Source of the DNA: Enoplolaimus lenunculus
Taxonomy: Eukaryota
NCBI GenBank assembly: GCA_030248215.1
Contig: JASANG010000641.1
Coordinates: forward strand, 124,001 to 188,000
Direction: 5' to 3'
Length of the DNA: 64,000 nucleotides
A program made the translations under genes and the position numbers. Below the pieces are notes generated by a model. It did not search any database, had not been told where the DNA came from, and saw only the letters and a program-made list of their open reading frames with translations. This document shows, piece after piece, positions 13,201 through 24,505 of this stretch (its first letter is position 1; the number at the start of each line of letters is the position of its first letter).

Positions 13201-13428
13201 CTAAAAATTGTAAAATTTTCGAACACAAAAAGTATATTCTGCAACCACAAAATACTGGATCCACACACTGATTTCAGCTTACATTATACCTGCTTTCGCT
13301 GTTCGTTCAAGCCAAATATTCCACGGGAAATTGTTCGTTTGACCGAAACAGACCACTCCATGCATTAACGCAGCGATAACGTAGAATGGCAATCTGTAAT
13401 CGTTTGTGTTTTTAATCAATAGCAGCAT
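4209..13428 (-). CDS. Histidine acid phosphatase homolog (branch 2), catalytically degenerate, with N-terminal Thr-rich mucin-like region and C-terminal ShK domain; about 782 aa, 12 exons
   Basis: Phase-consistent exons: 13428-13290, 12405-11646, 11464-11338, 10376-10287, 9310-9224, 8825-8685, 8223-8119, 7848-7762, 7344-7122, 6504-6425, 5218-4927, 4426-4209. Acid phosphatase family motifs: LGQITNLGKQQAFYLGRFLRRRY, QSVLAGLLPP..QIW..LRWQPIPY, DCP, KQTG, PDW, KLRVYSS, SALIIEF, C...CPVDTF. ShK-like tail: CEREIDQSGDYFCENWAKHNYC...YCRKTCLC. The start codon is tentative, and one acceptor is GAG (8224-8226). Confidence 0.85.
5599..5671 (+). tRNA. tRNA-like sequence in the 5' LTR (apparent anticodon CGC; probably a Pol III promoter rather than a functional tRNA)
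   Basis: Acceptor stem GGCCGCG/CGTGGCC. A box TGGTGTAATGG at 5606-5616 and B box GGTTCGATTCC at 5650-5660. The anticodon and T stems contain mismatches, and the G3:U70 Ala determinant is missing. Confidence 0.75.
5758..5774 (+). promoter_or_regulatory. Primer-binding site complementary to the 3' end of tRNA-Gln
   Basis: The reverse complement is TCTCGGTGGGACCT-CCA, the typical metazoan tRNA-Gln 3' end. It directly abuts the 5' LTR. Confidence 0.8.
5949..6021 (+). tRNA. tRNA-like sequence in the 3' LTR (identical copy)
   Basis: Identical to 5599-5671, at an offset of 350 bp. Confidence 0.75.
9679..10120. mobile_element. MITE family A
   Basis: ta|ctgtagtaacccgaagaagaggggg ... cccctcttattcgggtcactaaag|ta. 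Confidence 0.85.
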
Positions 13429-13561
13429 TTTTCTGCTGCAAATATTAGCAAAATTGTATATTTAGCAGTTTTGCTCAAAATAAACTAAAAGTTAAACTTG
13501 GCGTTTTGTCAATCGGCACAATTTTGCGCTAGCGATAATCCAAATTCGACTATTAATGTTA

Positions 13562-13870
13562 CCAAGAGTGGATGATCACATGGGAACAAGAGTGTGCAAC
13601 TGTCGGGAATTTGTGTGGTACAAAATTTTCCACCGCGCGTTGCGTTTATACTGTGCGCCCCTTATTAAGCGAGGGTCGATGATACATAATGTTATATACC
13701 TGGAAATTTAAGAATATATACATAGCATTTTTGGTCATTGGCATATTATGTGTTTCTTCGTCTGCGCAAACTTCAACCCCCCAAATAAGATGACCTGGAC
13801 AAAAACGTAACGCTGGATACATTCTTATGTACACTTGCACACTCTTGTGCAAAATGATCATACACTCTTC
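13562..13870. mobile_element. MITE family F (CCAAGAGTG...CACTCTTGG type)
   Basis: ccaagagtggatgatc...aagagtgtgcaac and tgcacactcttg...gatcatacactctt form inverted ends. Related pieces lie near 570-640, 16580-16810, 20240-20490 and 49253-49548. Confidence 0.6.
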
Positions 13871-16800
13871 ACGTTACTAAGAGCATCACATTGCAAATTA
13901 TAAGCCTAAGCGTAAGCCTATTCCCAATCCTCATCGTAAAGATAATACTGCAAGTGGACTACGGATAATAAGTAAATAATTATTTTGATGACGATTTGTT
14001 TCAAATATGATTTTGATTGAAAACGATTTGATTTCTACGTACGTAACTTGGTTTCTTAAATAGTTTGTTACTCTTCAATCAAAATCTAATTTCGGTTAAC
14101 AACCTTTGGTGATAAACAATTTTAAAAAATGTAATAAAGTTTAGAAAAAAACTATTTTAAAAATACAACAAAAATGTTTGACATATTTAAGCAAATAACC
14201 GAAACGTCAAGTTGTTCAAGTACTGAAGCGTATTAATTTAAAACTCTCTAATTTGTTGTGCCTGGTTTACAAAATAACAAACTCTGCGAAAGTTTGCAAA
14301 AGAGCAAACAATAGCAGTACAAAGGCAGGTGGTGAGTATTGTCGTTATAAGTGAGACAAATAAAAACAACAGCAAACTGAACAATAATTCTGATTCAAAC
14401 AAATTTCATGAACATCGAAATAATGAAAAAAAATAAGAAAAAAACAAGTCGAGCAACGTTTCTGCATGAAAGAGAATTTAGTAAGTTTTCAAACAAAAAA
14501 CTCAAATCAAAAACCGACATAACTGTCAGTACAGTGCTGTCAAGAGACACCTCCACAATTTCGAGGGTGCGAAAATTAATTTTGTTAAGTGAAAGTGTTG
14601 TAGCAATCAGTGCCGAAGCAGGTTCGGGTGGGATTTCTCCCTAAATTAGCAGTGACGTAGCCTTTGCTATGATAAAAATATTTTTATAAAATATTTTGTT
14701 TAAAATCTTGTTAAAGTGGGAGGCCCCTCTTTGAGGTGAGGGCGCCCGAATCGAGGGCATGGGGGTGCCTGCTTCAGCCCTGGCAGGAATGCAAACATAT
14801 GAAGAACGATGTAACAATTTCCAGTAAAAACAGTTTAAATCGAAAAAAAAATATTTTGCTCTATGCCTGAATCTTTATGAAGTTTTGGACAATGTTACTT
14901 TTAGAGCGTAACAGTAGGTCAAGCGTATTCCTGCAGCGTAAACCTAAGCCTAAGCCTTAGCCTAAGCAAAAAATGTAGTCTAGAATGTAAGCCTACTCTT
15001 TTACAGAGCCATCAGAAACCGGGACGGCCCCAAAAGTGGCATGGGCCGCAGTTTTGCACAATTTTTGCACATAATTTGGTCTTCTTCTATTTAGTCGTTG
15101 ACATGAGAGACACAGTTCGCTTGCGTGAAAACCTATTACTAACTGGTGATGTAATAGGTGCTAAATATATCGGTAAATATTGCTCAAATATTGCGTTAGA
15201 ACGATAACGGTTAACGGAAAATTTAAATTTGCATATAAAAATATAATTCAGCCAAAACACCATCAACAAAATGCAATTGTTCGGAAATAAATGATATTTT
15301 AAACTCAGTTTCAGTTTCAAACAGCGTCTTTAAAAGTCAAGGTTTGAGAATTCACGTTGAACGTTGTGTTTTGCTGAGGTTACTAGATACAACTTTAGTG
15401 CAAAACTTTTTGTATGGATGGATATGTCCAGATTCAAACCATTTTACTTCTTCAGAACTGAATTATCGGTAGATATTTCGTTTTTAGTAACAATAAATTT
15501 TTTATCGCATCAATCATTTTTCAATGTTTAATTCGAAATAATGATAATTTGCCACTTTTCCAAGTTAGATTTGAAGCCATCTAATTTTTGTGACTATAAT
15601 TAAGCATGATTGGAAACATTCGCATACGTTTATTTTGTGAATTCTAAACGTAACCATAAGCCACCATACCTCTTATAACAGAAACTCTGCAAGCGAAGCG
15701 AACGAGAATACTGTCGCACAGTTTCTACAAATCACAGTATAAAATCTTGAAATGGTGAGTAAAGTTTAAAGTAGTACATGAGAATACAACAGAGTCAAAA
15801 CACAAGTCGAACAATGAAGAAAACTTGTCGAGTCAAATGAGCAAGAAACCAGTCGCAGTAATTTTAGGTTTGCGTGGCTCCAGTAAGGAAAGATGTGATC
15901 CCTGGATGACGACCAATGTATGAATTATGTGTGAATTGCACAAATACAAAACATCTTAAAGCTAATTTACCAATTTTTCACCAAGATATATAAAAGACAG
16001 AACTGTAACAAATTCATCGTGAGCGAAGCAAGCGTGAAGCTTAACGTGAATTTTAGCATTAAATCTTTTTTGAAAAAGAGCAATTTTTGCTCATTGATAA
16101 GGGTTATAATCCTTCCACAAGCCAGCTACGCACTCATGGCGAACGAAAACGGCGACTGGCGCGCCACCATTTTAGCTACTGTAGCATTATTGCTAATATT
16201 TGTAAAAATGCAAATAGTGCTGCAGGCAAAATTTTTCTATTAGCGCAAACTTCTTCTGAGAAGAAGAATTTAGTAGGAACAGTCAGAAATTACAAATTCA
16301 TAAGGTTGGTTGGACCTTACCATTTTATTTCGACAATATTTCTTACGGGAGAGTTGGTATGCTCTACCGCCTTCCTAGATCCGCTAGTATATCCGTTATC
16401 ATATTTGTTTTTCATATTTGGCAATTTTCAGTTGTTGAACTCGTAAGGTTTTGATAGCTGCGTGCGTTACGACGCTCTAAAACATAAACCAAAATCATGA
16501 AAGAACTCGGTGATTTTATTAATTGTAACGTATTTTTACGTTAAAGTTTACGCAATTTCGTGGATTTAATTTGTTTTAGAAAGAGTACATGAAACAAGAG
16601 TCTGCAACTCTTGGGGTTCCGCGTGGTACAAAATGTACACCGAGCGTTGCGTATTTAACTGACCCCCGAGTACCATAAAAATTTTATGGTTAATACAAGT
16701 TTCCTAAATAATGAAGTAGGCCAACAACAAAATACGCGTTGGTTACATTGTTTTGTGCACAGCATGTACCCAGTTGCACACTCTTGTTATATATCATGCA

Positions 16801-16974
16801 TTCTTGGTTTTTCCAATAGTCTACATTGTCATAGATTGCGATACTTTGTAGCATTCTGAATTTCAGCATAAAGCATCTTGCTGTTCGATATTCATTGTTC
16901 TCCCGCCGTGATTGAGGGGGCGCTGGTAAAATTGTAAGTATTTCTGCTATAAATCATTCGCAAACATCATGACA

Positions 16975-17177
16975 CAATGTATAGAACAGGGCCGGAACAG
17001 TAGCATAAGCATATTCCTAAGCCTAAGCCTACACGTATGCATAAGCGTATGGATGACCCTATTCCAAAGCCTAAGCCTAAGCCTAAGCTTAAGCCGAAGC
17101 AAAAAAATAGTCTAAAGCTTAAACTGACTCTATTATAGCCCCTCCGGAAAACGATCCGGCCCTGTTCTATACATGGG
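16975..17177. mobile_element. MITE family D with internal telomere-like (GCCTAA/TTAGGC)n tract
   Basis: caatgtatagaacagggccgga ... tccggccctgttctatacatggg flank degenerate gcctaa repeats. There are roughly 20 or more full or partial copies in the window. Confidence 0.8.
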
Positions 17178-18646
17178 TCACGATACGTGGGTCTGTAATC
17201 TGTTTGGGACCGCGTGATGCTTCAATGTTACTCTTGGTTATTAGTTATGAAATATATAATATCTAAAAAGCAAAGTTCTTTAAATTCAAAACGGAGAGTA
17301 AACATGAAATTACTATGGTTTAAAAATCTAAGCCTTGGCTCCAGAAAAAAAGTTGCTTGAAAAGTACTCGCTTTCGCTTCGTAGCTCGATTTTTACGCTT
17401 GCGGATTAAAATAAATTCAGTTTGCTAACGTTCATGCGGACGTCTTCCGTCGGCTCCAGCAAACAGGCGGTTTATAAAATTTGAATACCTGATGGTATTT
17501 TTTCGACGATTTTACAGCCAATAAAACGTTAATTTTCGTTCAAATTAATTTATTTGTATTATAAGAAAGCTTGCGTGTCATGATTGGCTTTATTTTTGTA
17601 TAATAAAAGCGTGTTTTGAACAACTAAAACTATACTTTCAACAAAACGTAACATCTATTTTGGTATTTTGATACCCATTTGGCTGTTGTTAGTGTGAGTG
17701 CTGTAACACTAGTATAAAGCATAGCCCTTAGCGTAAGCTTAAACCTTAGCTTACCTATGCCTCATCGCAAGCATATTCCCATAGCTAAGCCTAAGCCTAA
17801 GCATAAACAAAAAAATGGTCTAAAACTTTAAGCTTACTCTATCTTAGTCGAACGAAAAAAGGTTCGCCCAAGCAATAACATGAGCCACTTATGTTAATGG
17901 TACTTTTCACTAAACCCTATCCTTTGAATTCGCTATTTTCAGTTGCGCTTCTCACGCAGAAAATCGACCTTCGGATCAGCTGACTCCGAGTGAATTTTGC
18001 TCACGTTTCTTGTAATTTCGGCACTGAAAATTATCCAACATTTGTTGTATATAACTTGAAGGTCACGTTTTCGTAGCAATTTTGCGAAACAAAAATTGAA
18101 GAGTATATTTTTGCTAATTTTTTACTTTTTCTGCTGTTAAAATTAGCAAATTAAACATGAATTCAACTTATTTAATCTTGCTTCATGTCAAATTTTTGTA
18201 AATTTCGCTAACTTTCAACTCACAGCAGCGATATTTGTCCCATTAACGTCACATTTAAACATTATTAGCCAAAAGTATTTGCCTTCCAAACAACTAACTA
18301 CGGTCTTGCTATGCTTTGCATCACGGTTTTAGTCATTTTGTAAAGCTTTAAAGACAGCATACGTTAATGACAAGCGAATCGCCTTGATACTAAGCAAGTG
18401 TTTATCTCGTATTGCATTTGTCTTTACGGTGCGCATAATTTTGACAAACATGCAAGTCCGTGACGTTAATTCGAAATTCCGCAAATTTAAGAAGATTAAT
18501 ATTTTAGCTGAAATTGTTTAAACTTTCAATTTCACCTGCTGTAAAGTAGCCTGTGTTCACTTTGCTGAGCGATTTTACAATGATTTTGCCGCTGACGCTA
18601 CGGTTTGTTTTTAAGCTGTAGCTTTGATAACAACAATCAGATCATA

Positions 18647-19093
18647 CTGTAGTGACCCGAATAAGAGGGCGGACTGATATTCATTTGGCCTCTCCAGAGG
18701 GTATCCCCCCTTGTTATTCGGTTACGGACTGTTATTTATTTTTAACCCACGCTCCGTCGCCCTTCGTTACTGATATAAATCCGGTACTGCAATAATCCGT
18801 TGAATTAAACATTTATTTGTCTTGTGTCAATAGCTTGAGCGATAATACAAGGTTATACTTAGGAATGTACTTTCAAAATTTACGTACGCTTTAAAGGTTC
18901 GAACTCAAATTATTTGGTCCTGGAGTCATTTATTCGCTACAATTAGGAATAATTGACATTAATGGACTCTAATTAAGGTTTAAGGCCTCTATCCGCTTAC
19001 GGACTCTTATTAGGGATACGAACTTCTATTGATTCGGACTCAAAATGGGAACCCCATCTTATTGCTCCCCCTCTCTTATTCGGGTCGATACAG
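18647..19093. mobile_element. MITE family A
   Basis: ta|ctgtagtgacccgaataagaggg ... ctctcttattcgggtcgatacag|ta; about 270 bp upstream of the opsin ATG. Confidence 0.85.
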
Positions 19094-19361
19094 TATATAT
19101 CTTAACCGAACACCATGTTTTGAAGCAGACACACTGCAGTCGTAATTGTAATTAAGCAAGCAGTGTGGAACAGGAGGGCAAAATGCTAAGAGCCAATGAT
19201 CTTTAAGATAAATATTGAGCTTAGAGCAAATTCGAGTTTATATGCAGCTATCGACAGATTTAATTAAAAAATTACTAAGGGCTGATTATTAACACGAAGC
19301 CAAACTAGTTACCTAAAATTGAATTGAACATTTCTAAATCCGAAGTTGATTTGATAACCAA

Positions 19362-22300
19362 ATGAAGGTTTTTGCCAACGGCTCGGGTATCGAATTGCAC
19401 GATTACTGGCTGGACGCAGTTAATCGCTACAATATTCCTCAATATGTGAACGATATTTATGCAGCAATCGTTGGAGTTGTCACTGTGATTGCGGTATTGG
19501 GCAATTTGCTTGTGGTTTATGTGAACTGTCGGTACGAAACAAGCAGTATTATTAAAACTTGGTATTTTCAAATGTGTATAGCACCTATGACCAGTTGACA
19601 ATGAAATATATTATACTTAAAACAAAATCATTTAAATTGAAACTGATAACTGTGTATGGAAAAGTCTGTCAATTATTTTAGGAGACGTGTATAATGTTGT
19701 GATTATTAAAAGCTAGGAAATTAAGCTTAATTGCACTTAAATTTCTGCTGCTAACTTTAACACGGACACACACAGGTGCATCAACTCCTTATATTTGTAT
19801 TAAGATTGAAGGAAACACTGACCACCCAAAAGAAATATTGTTTTGTAAAAAGTTTCCACTTGTCGATTATTAAACATAAAACCTAAAGACGCAAATTTAC
19901 ACTAATCAAAATCATCTTTTTTCTACACTTTTATTTATTCTTTCATTTTTAAGTAGATACATTTTCCCCAGTATTAGAATATTTATCAAATATAATCAGT
20001 AGCAGTCGCAAGAATCTGGGTTTGTTTTTGAATTAGGCAAATTTTAGCAACATTTTTTGTGCCATTTATTTCAGGTCATGGCAAACGTTAACCGACAACT
20101 GTTACGTTGTAAGCGTTTCAATAAGCGACGCTGTTATGGCAGCTGCAACATACTGGATGTTTATCGCGTCAAGTTTGAATGGGATTTGGAAATTCAGTGC
20201 AACAGGTAATTAGTAATTTGGGCTGAAAAATAGTCTAAGTTACCGGCACGCATTGCGTTTCTGGCCGACCCCCCTTATTTAGAGGGGGTAAAACTTATGC
20301 GATCCATGGCACTGTATATATCCGGCATTAAAACCGTTCCGTTTTTCGTTTAATTTAGGGGTATTGCATGTGGCAACAACACCCTTTCTAAATAAGGGGG
20401 GACGGCTAAAAACGCAACGACCGGTGGTACATTTTGTGCCATGCGGAACCCCAAAAGTTGCATACTCTTGCATCATGCACTCCTGATATTATGAATTTGT
20501 CCAAATTTTTATATTTTTGACATACAAATTTTAAAAGATTGCAACCAACAAAACATTGACTTATGTGAACACGAGCCATATGTTAGGGTCATCTTATTTT
20601 TTGGTTAACTTAGGTTTGCAGTTAGTTTTAGACTTGTGCTTACGCCAACGTCAATAAAAGTTACATTGGCCGGCTTGATATTGCTTTTGTTTGTATTAAT
20701 CATACTGATTGCAGCAACCTGAAGCAGAGTGGGTGGTAATAAGAGACCGGGGTTCTACACTGCAGAAAATGGGGAGTCAAATTGACTCTCTCCGAAATAG
20801 GCTCTACGGGACTACACAAACTGAGTCAATTCGACTCCGCCAGAATCAAACGTGCAACTCAGTGAGAAGAATTTGACTCTGTCGGAATCAAATTTGACTC
20901 AGTTTGTGTAGTCTAGTAGAGCCTATTTCGGAGAGAGTCAATTTGACTCACTATTTTTTGCAGTGTATCTTGAACCTGAATCAATAGGTGTCTATGTCCC
21001 TAATTACAGACATAATAGATAGACTTCAAATATTACTGATTAGTCCGTATTCAATGAACGTCAATAACAAAAAATGTCGGCATAAGTTTAAGGGCTTGTG
21101 CTCTAAACAACTGGAGCTGGATTGAAAAAAATGACAGTCCAGAACTAAACAAAGAGGGGAAGAACTTCCTGGAAAGGCGAAGTAAATATGTCTCTCCCCC
21201 CATTATTTGGGTTACTACTATTAAGACGGTTCCAGCAAGAAATGTATGTAACTTGTAATGTACAACCAACGGAAACTGGTTAGCGCTAGCTTGCCCAATC
21301 ATTTGGTTGAAATTAGTTAGATTAATTAACATTTAGACAGACTTGTACATTTCGTTTTCTATTTAACTTCAGCTTGCAATTTCTACGCTTACGTTCAAGG
21401 CGTTTGTTCAATACTATCTGTGGTATGTTGTGAAGGTTACAAAACTTGGTTTTGTAATGTTTTAGTCCAATGCTTGTTACCAGTTGGCGATAAGCCTTGG
21501 CCAATATTTTCAAATGCGTACTATAGTGACCCGAATACGAGGGGGGACTGATATTTATTTGGCCTCTCCAGAGGATAACCCCCCTTGTTATTCGGTTACG
21601 GACTGTTATTTATTTTTATTCCACGCTCCGCCACCCTTCGTTATACATATCCGGTACTGCAACTATCCGTTGAATTAAACATTTATTTGCATTGTGTCAA
21701 TAGCTTGAGCGATCGTGCAAGGTTATACTTAGGAATGTACTTTCAAAATTTAAGTATGCTTTAAAGTTTCGAAATCAAGTTATTTGGTCCTGTAGTCATT
21801 TATGCGCTACAATTAGGGTTACTTGACATTTATGGACAGTAAAATAGGGTTTAGGGACTCTATCCGCTTACGAACTCTTATTACGGACTCCATTTGATTC
21901 GGACTCAAAATGGGGACCCCCATCTCATTACCTCTCCCCCTCTTATTCCGGTCAATACAGTATAGCACTTATCATCACTTTAGCGACAGGTATTCAAACT
22001 GACGAACATGTGCAATTGCAAATATCAAAATTGGTACACAAGTAACCAAAATCAAACGCAAACAATGTGCTGAATTTCGAACCTCACCATGTGCGTGGTC
22101 CTATCATCCACTGGTGATAGGTGCTACACACATTTGAGAATACGAGCTCTTGTTTCTGGTGCACCAGTGGAAAAATGCCGTTAAAATTTCATCGGTTGAA
22201 GGATTATCGATGTATTCCAAATTTGAACAATTCTGTAGATTACAATTTGCAAAGCTTTAGCTTCAATATAGAAAACGACTAAACTACATCTAGTTTTGAA

Positions 22301-24505
22301 CAGGTAATACTTATACAGTTGCGTATCCAGTGGCGGATCCAGAAATTTCAGTTGGAGGCAGGTTGGCGAAAATTACGAAACGCAATTATTACTGTATGAT
22401 ATGTTCTGTATACGTGCCAATTTTGAGAGCTTGAATAATTGTAAGGTCAGCACCTTGCCATTTTGTCACAAAATAATATCACAATTAATTTTCTGATTGG
22501 GGTGTACGCCTCAAAATAGGTCAACTAGTGAGCGTAGCCTAGAGTAACAATCCTGTATAGCAATGTTTATATAGTTTGCACAGATTGAAGCCTTTAGAAT
22601 CAAGCGTTTTAAACACCGAATTATTTTGAGGGATTCAGAACGAGCTGACGTACCATGAAGACCCTCGAATTGTTCCAACCAAAACATTTTTTATGAGAAT
22701 TTGATACAAAAATTGAGTTTTGGGTCTCGCCTGACTTCTCGTGATAAGTTTCGTCTACAATTAACAATATTTTCGCCACCGCGTAGGTGTCTACCCATTG
22801 CTGCATCAACTGCTGCACTTATTGGTATTAAAGCGAGTGATATGTTTCATGTCAGGTCACTCTGGCCGCAATATCTGCCGAACGCTATTACGCAATCAAT
22901 CATCCAATCGCGTCGCGGAAACGGTCGCTTCGAAGTAAAAGCAAAATAGTCGTATTTCTATGGCTGTACTGCTTTTTCATTTGTTCGCCACCGCTATACG
23001 GTTGGTCTCGGTATACTCCAGCAGGGCTGTTGACAACGTGTTGTTTTGAATTTTTGTCACATGACAAACCCACGCTGTCGTTCATTTTGTTTCTCAGTTT
23101 TTTCGGTTTCGTCATACCGTGCGCAGTTATTGGCTATACGTACTGGCGAATGCTGCAGCTGCTGTTAAAGACCGCAAAAGAAGGCCAAATGGACGATTTG
23201 TTCATTGATACACCAGTGAGCAACACGGCATGCATTGTAAACAAAGACGATGCTGACGAAGCCAACCAATCAGCATCGAAAACATCGGCAGCGAATCAAC
23301 CAATCATCGACCAGCAGCATGACGACAACAAAAACAGCTGCGAAAAAATTAGCCAATCAGCAATCGGCACATCATCGACGACGCATCCAGCAAAAGAACC
23401 ACTCAGCGGTGTTCAAACACAGGATAACGAAACACTGGAAAACCTGCGGCGGCTGTCACGAGTGTCGTCCGGGCTACGAGTTCGCCAGACAACATCGGTT
23501 GGAGGTGACAATTTAGCGGCGTTTTTTCTGTCCCAAGTCATGCCGCAGAGTATCGGCGCCGCGCTTCCGCTTTCAGAACGCGGCGACTCATTTGAACAAC
23601 GAGCAAAACAACTATTTCAATCGAAACTCCGCCAACGTGCGTTGGTGCTCCGCGAACAGCTCCGAGCAGCAAAAGTCATCGCTTTGGTAATTGTTTGCTT
23701 CTTGGTCGCGTGGCTCCCGTATTCTTGCTTAGTCTTTGCAGCCCAATTTGATACTGGCAGTTATTTGCGCGTTCACCCTCTTGTCACTCATAGTTTGAGC
23801 GTATGGGCGAAGACGTGCGTTTTGTTCAACCCAATGATTTATGCCCTGGTTGATTCTCGATTTCAGCGAGCCGTTCAAAAATTTTGTTTTGGACTTTGCA
23901 GTGAGTCGTACGCCGCTAAACGAGTTGAAAGTCATCAAGCGAGTAAGGCTACTTTAGTCAAAGATGGGGGTTCGGGTAAACGAAGGGGGAGCGGAGTAAA
24001 GCGGGGTACGCGTCAATTGAGTCGCGAAGGTTCCGGAGGACTTCGAGACTCGATGCGGCGAAACGAAAGCATCGAGAAATCTTCGGAGGGCACAATGACG
24101 CGAAATAAATCGGAAACGGTCGAAACTGGACTGTGCGAAGCGGTTTCAGCTGCGCTGGGTGTGTACAATAGCGGTCGTGACTCGGATAGAAACAAAGGCG
24201 AAGAAATAAATAACTCAACGACGCCGATAAGCGAAAAACAACAAACGATAATTGACGGTGAAAATGAGCTGTTTCGAAAGGAAAGCAAAGAATCTGAAAA
24301 AACACGCGATGATACACGGTCGGAGTCGGGTGCCACTGGAAGCGAAGCACAAACGATTGTTAGTTTGAATAGCGAATCAAGACAGCATGAAAGCAGAGCT
24401 GTGGCGGCGGAGATGACTGCTGAAGTGGTAAGTGACAATTGTCAATCGAAAGATTATGCGTTCGTTGACGAAAAAGTGGAATACAACAACGATGAATGTA
24501 AATGA
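19362..24505 (+). CDS. Opsin (class A GPCR with retinal-binding Lys296), r-opsin-like motifs; about 666 aa, 4 exons
   Basis: Phase-consistent exons: 19362-19531, 20075-20205, 21373-21422, 22856-24505. TM1 GN; TM2 SISD; IWKFSATACNFY; TLAAISAERY; PPLYGWSRYTPAGLLTTCCFEFL; FLVAWLPY; WAKTCVLFNPMIY with Lys at 23810-23812; N-terminal NGS sequon. Confidence 0.9.
20758..20965. mobile_element. MITE family B
   Basis: ta|cactgcagaaaatggggagtcaaattgactctctccgaaatagg ... cctatttcggagagagtcaatttgactcactattttttgcagtg|ta; lies within a decayed family A-like sequence in opsin intron 2. Confidence 0.9.
21521..21960. mobile_element. MITE family A (opsin intron 3)
   Basis: ta|ctatagtgacccgaatacgagggg ... cccctcttattccggtcaatacag|ta. 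Confidence 0.85.
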
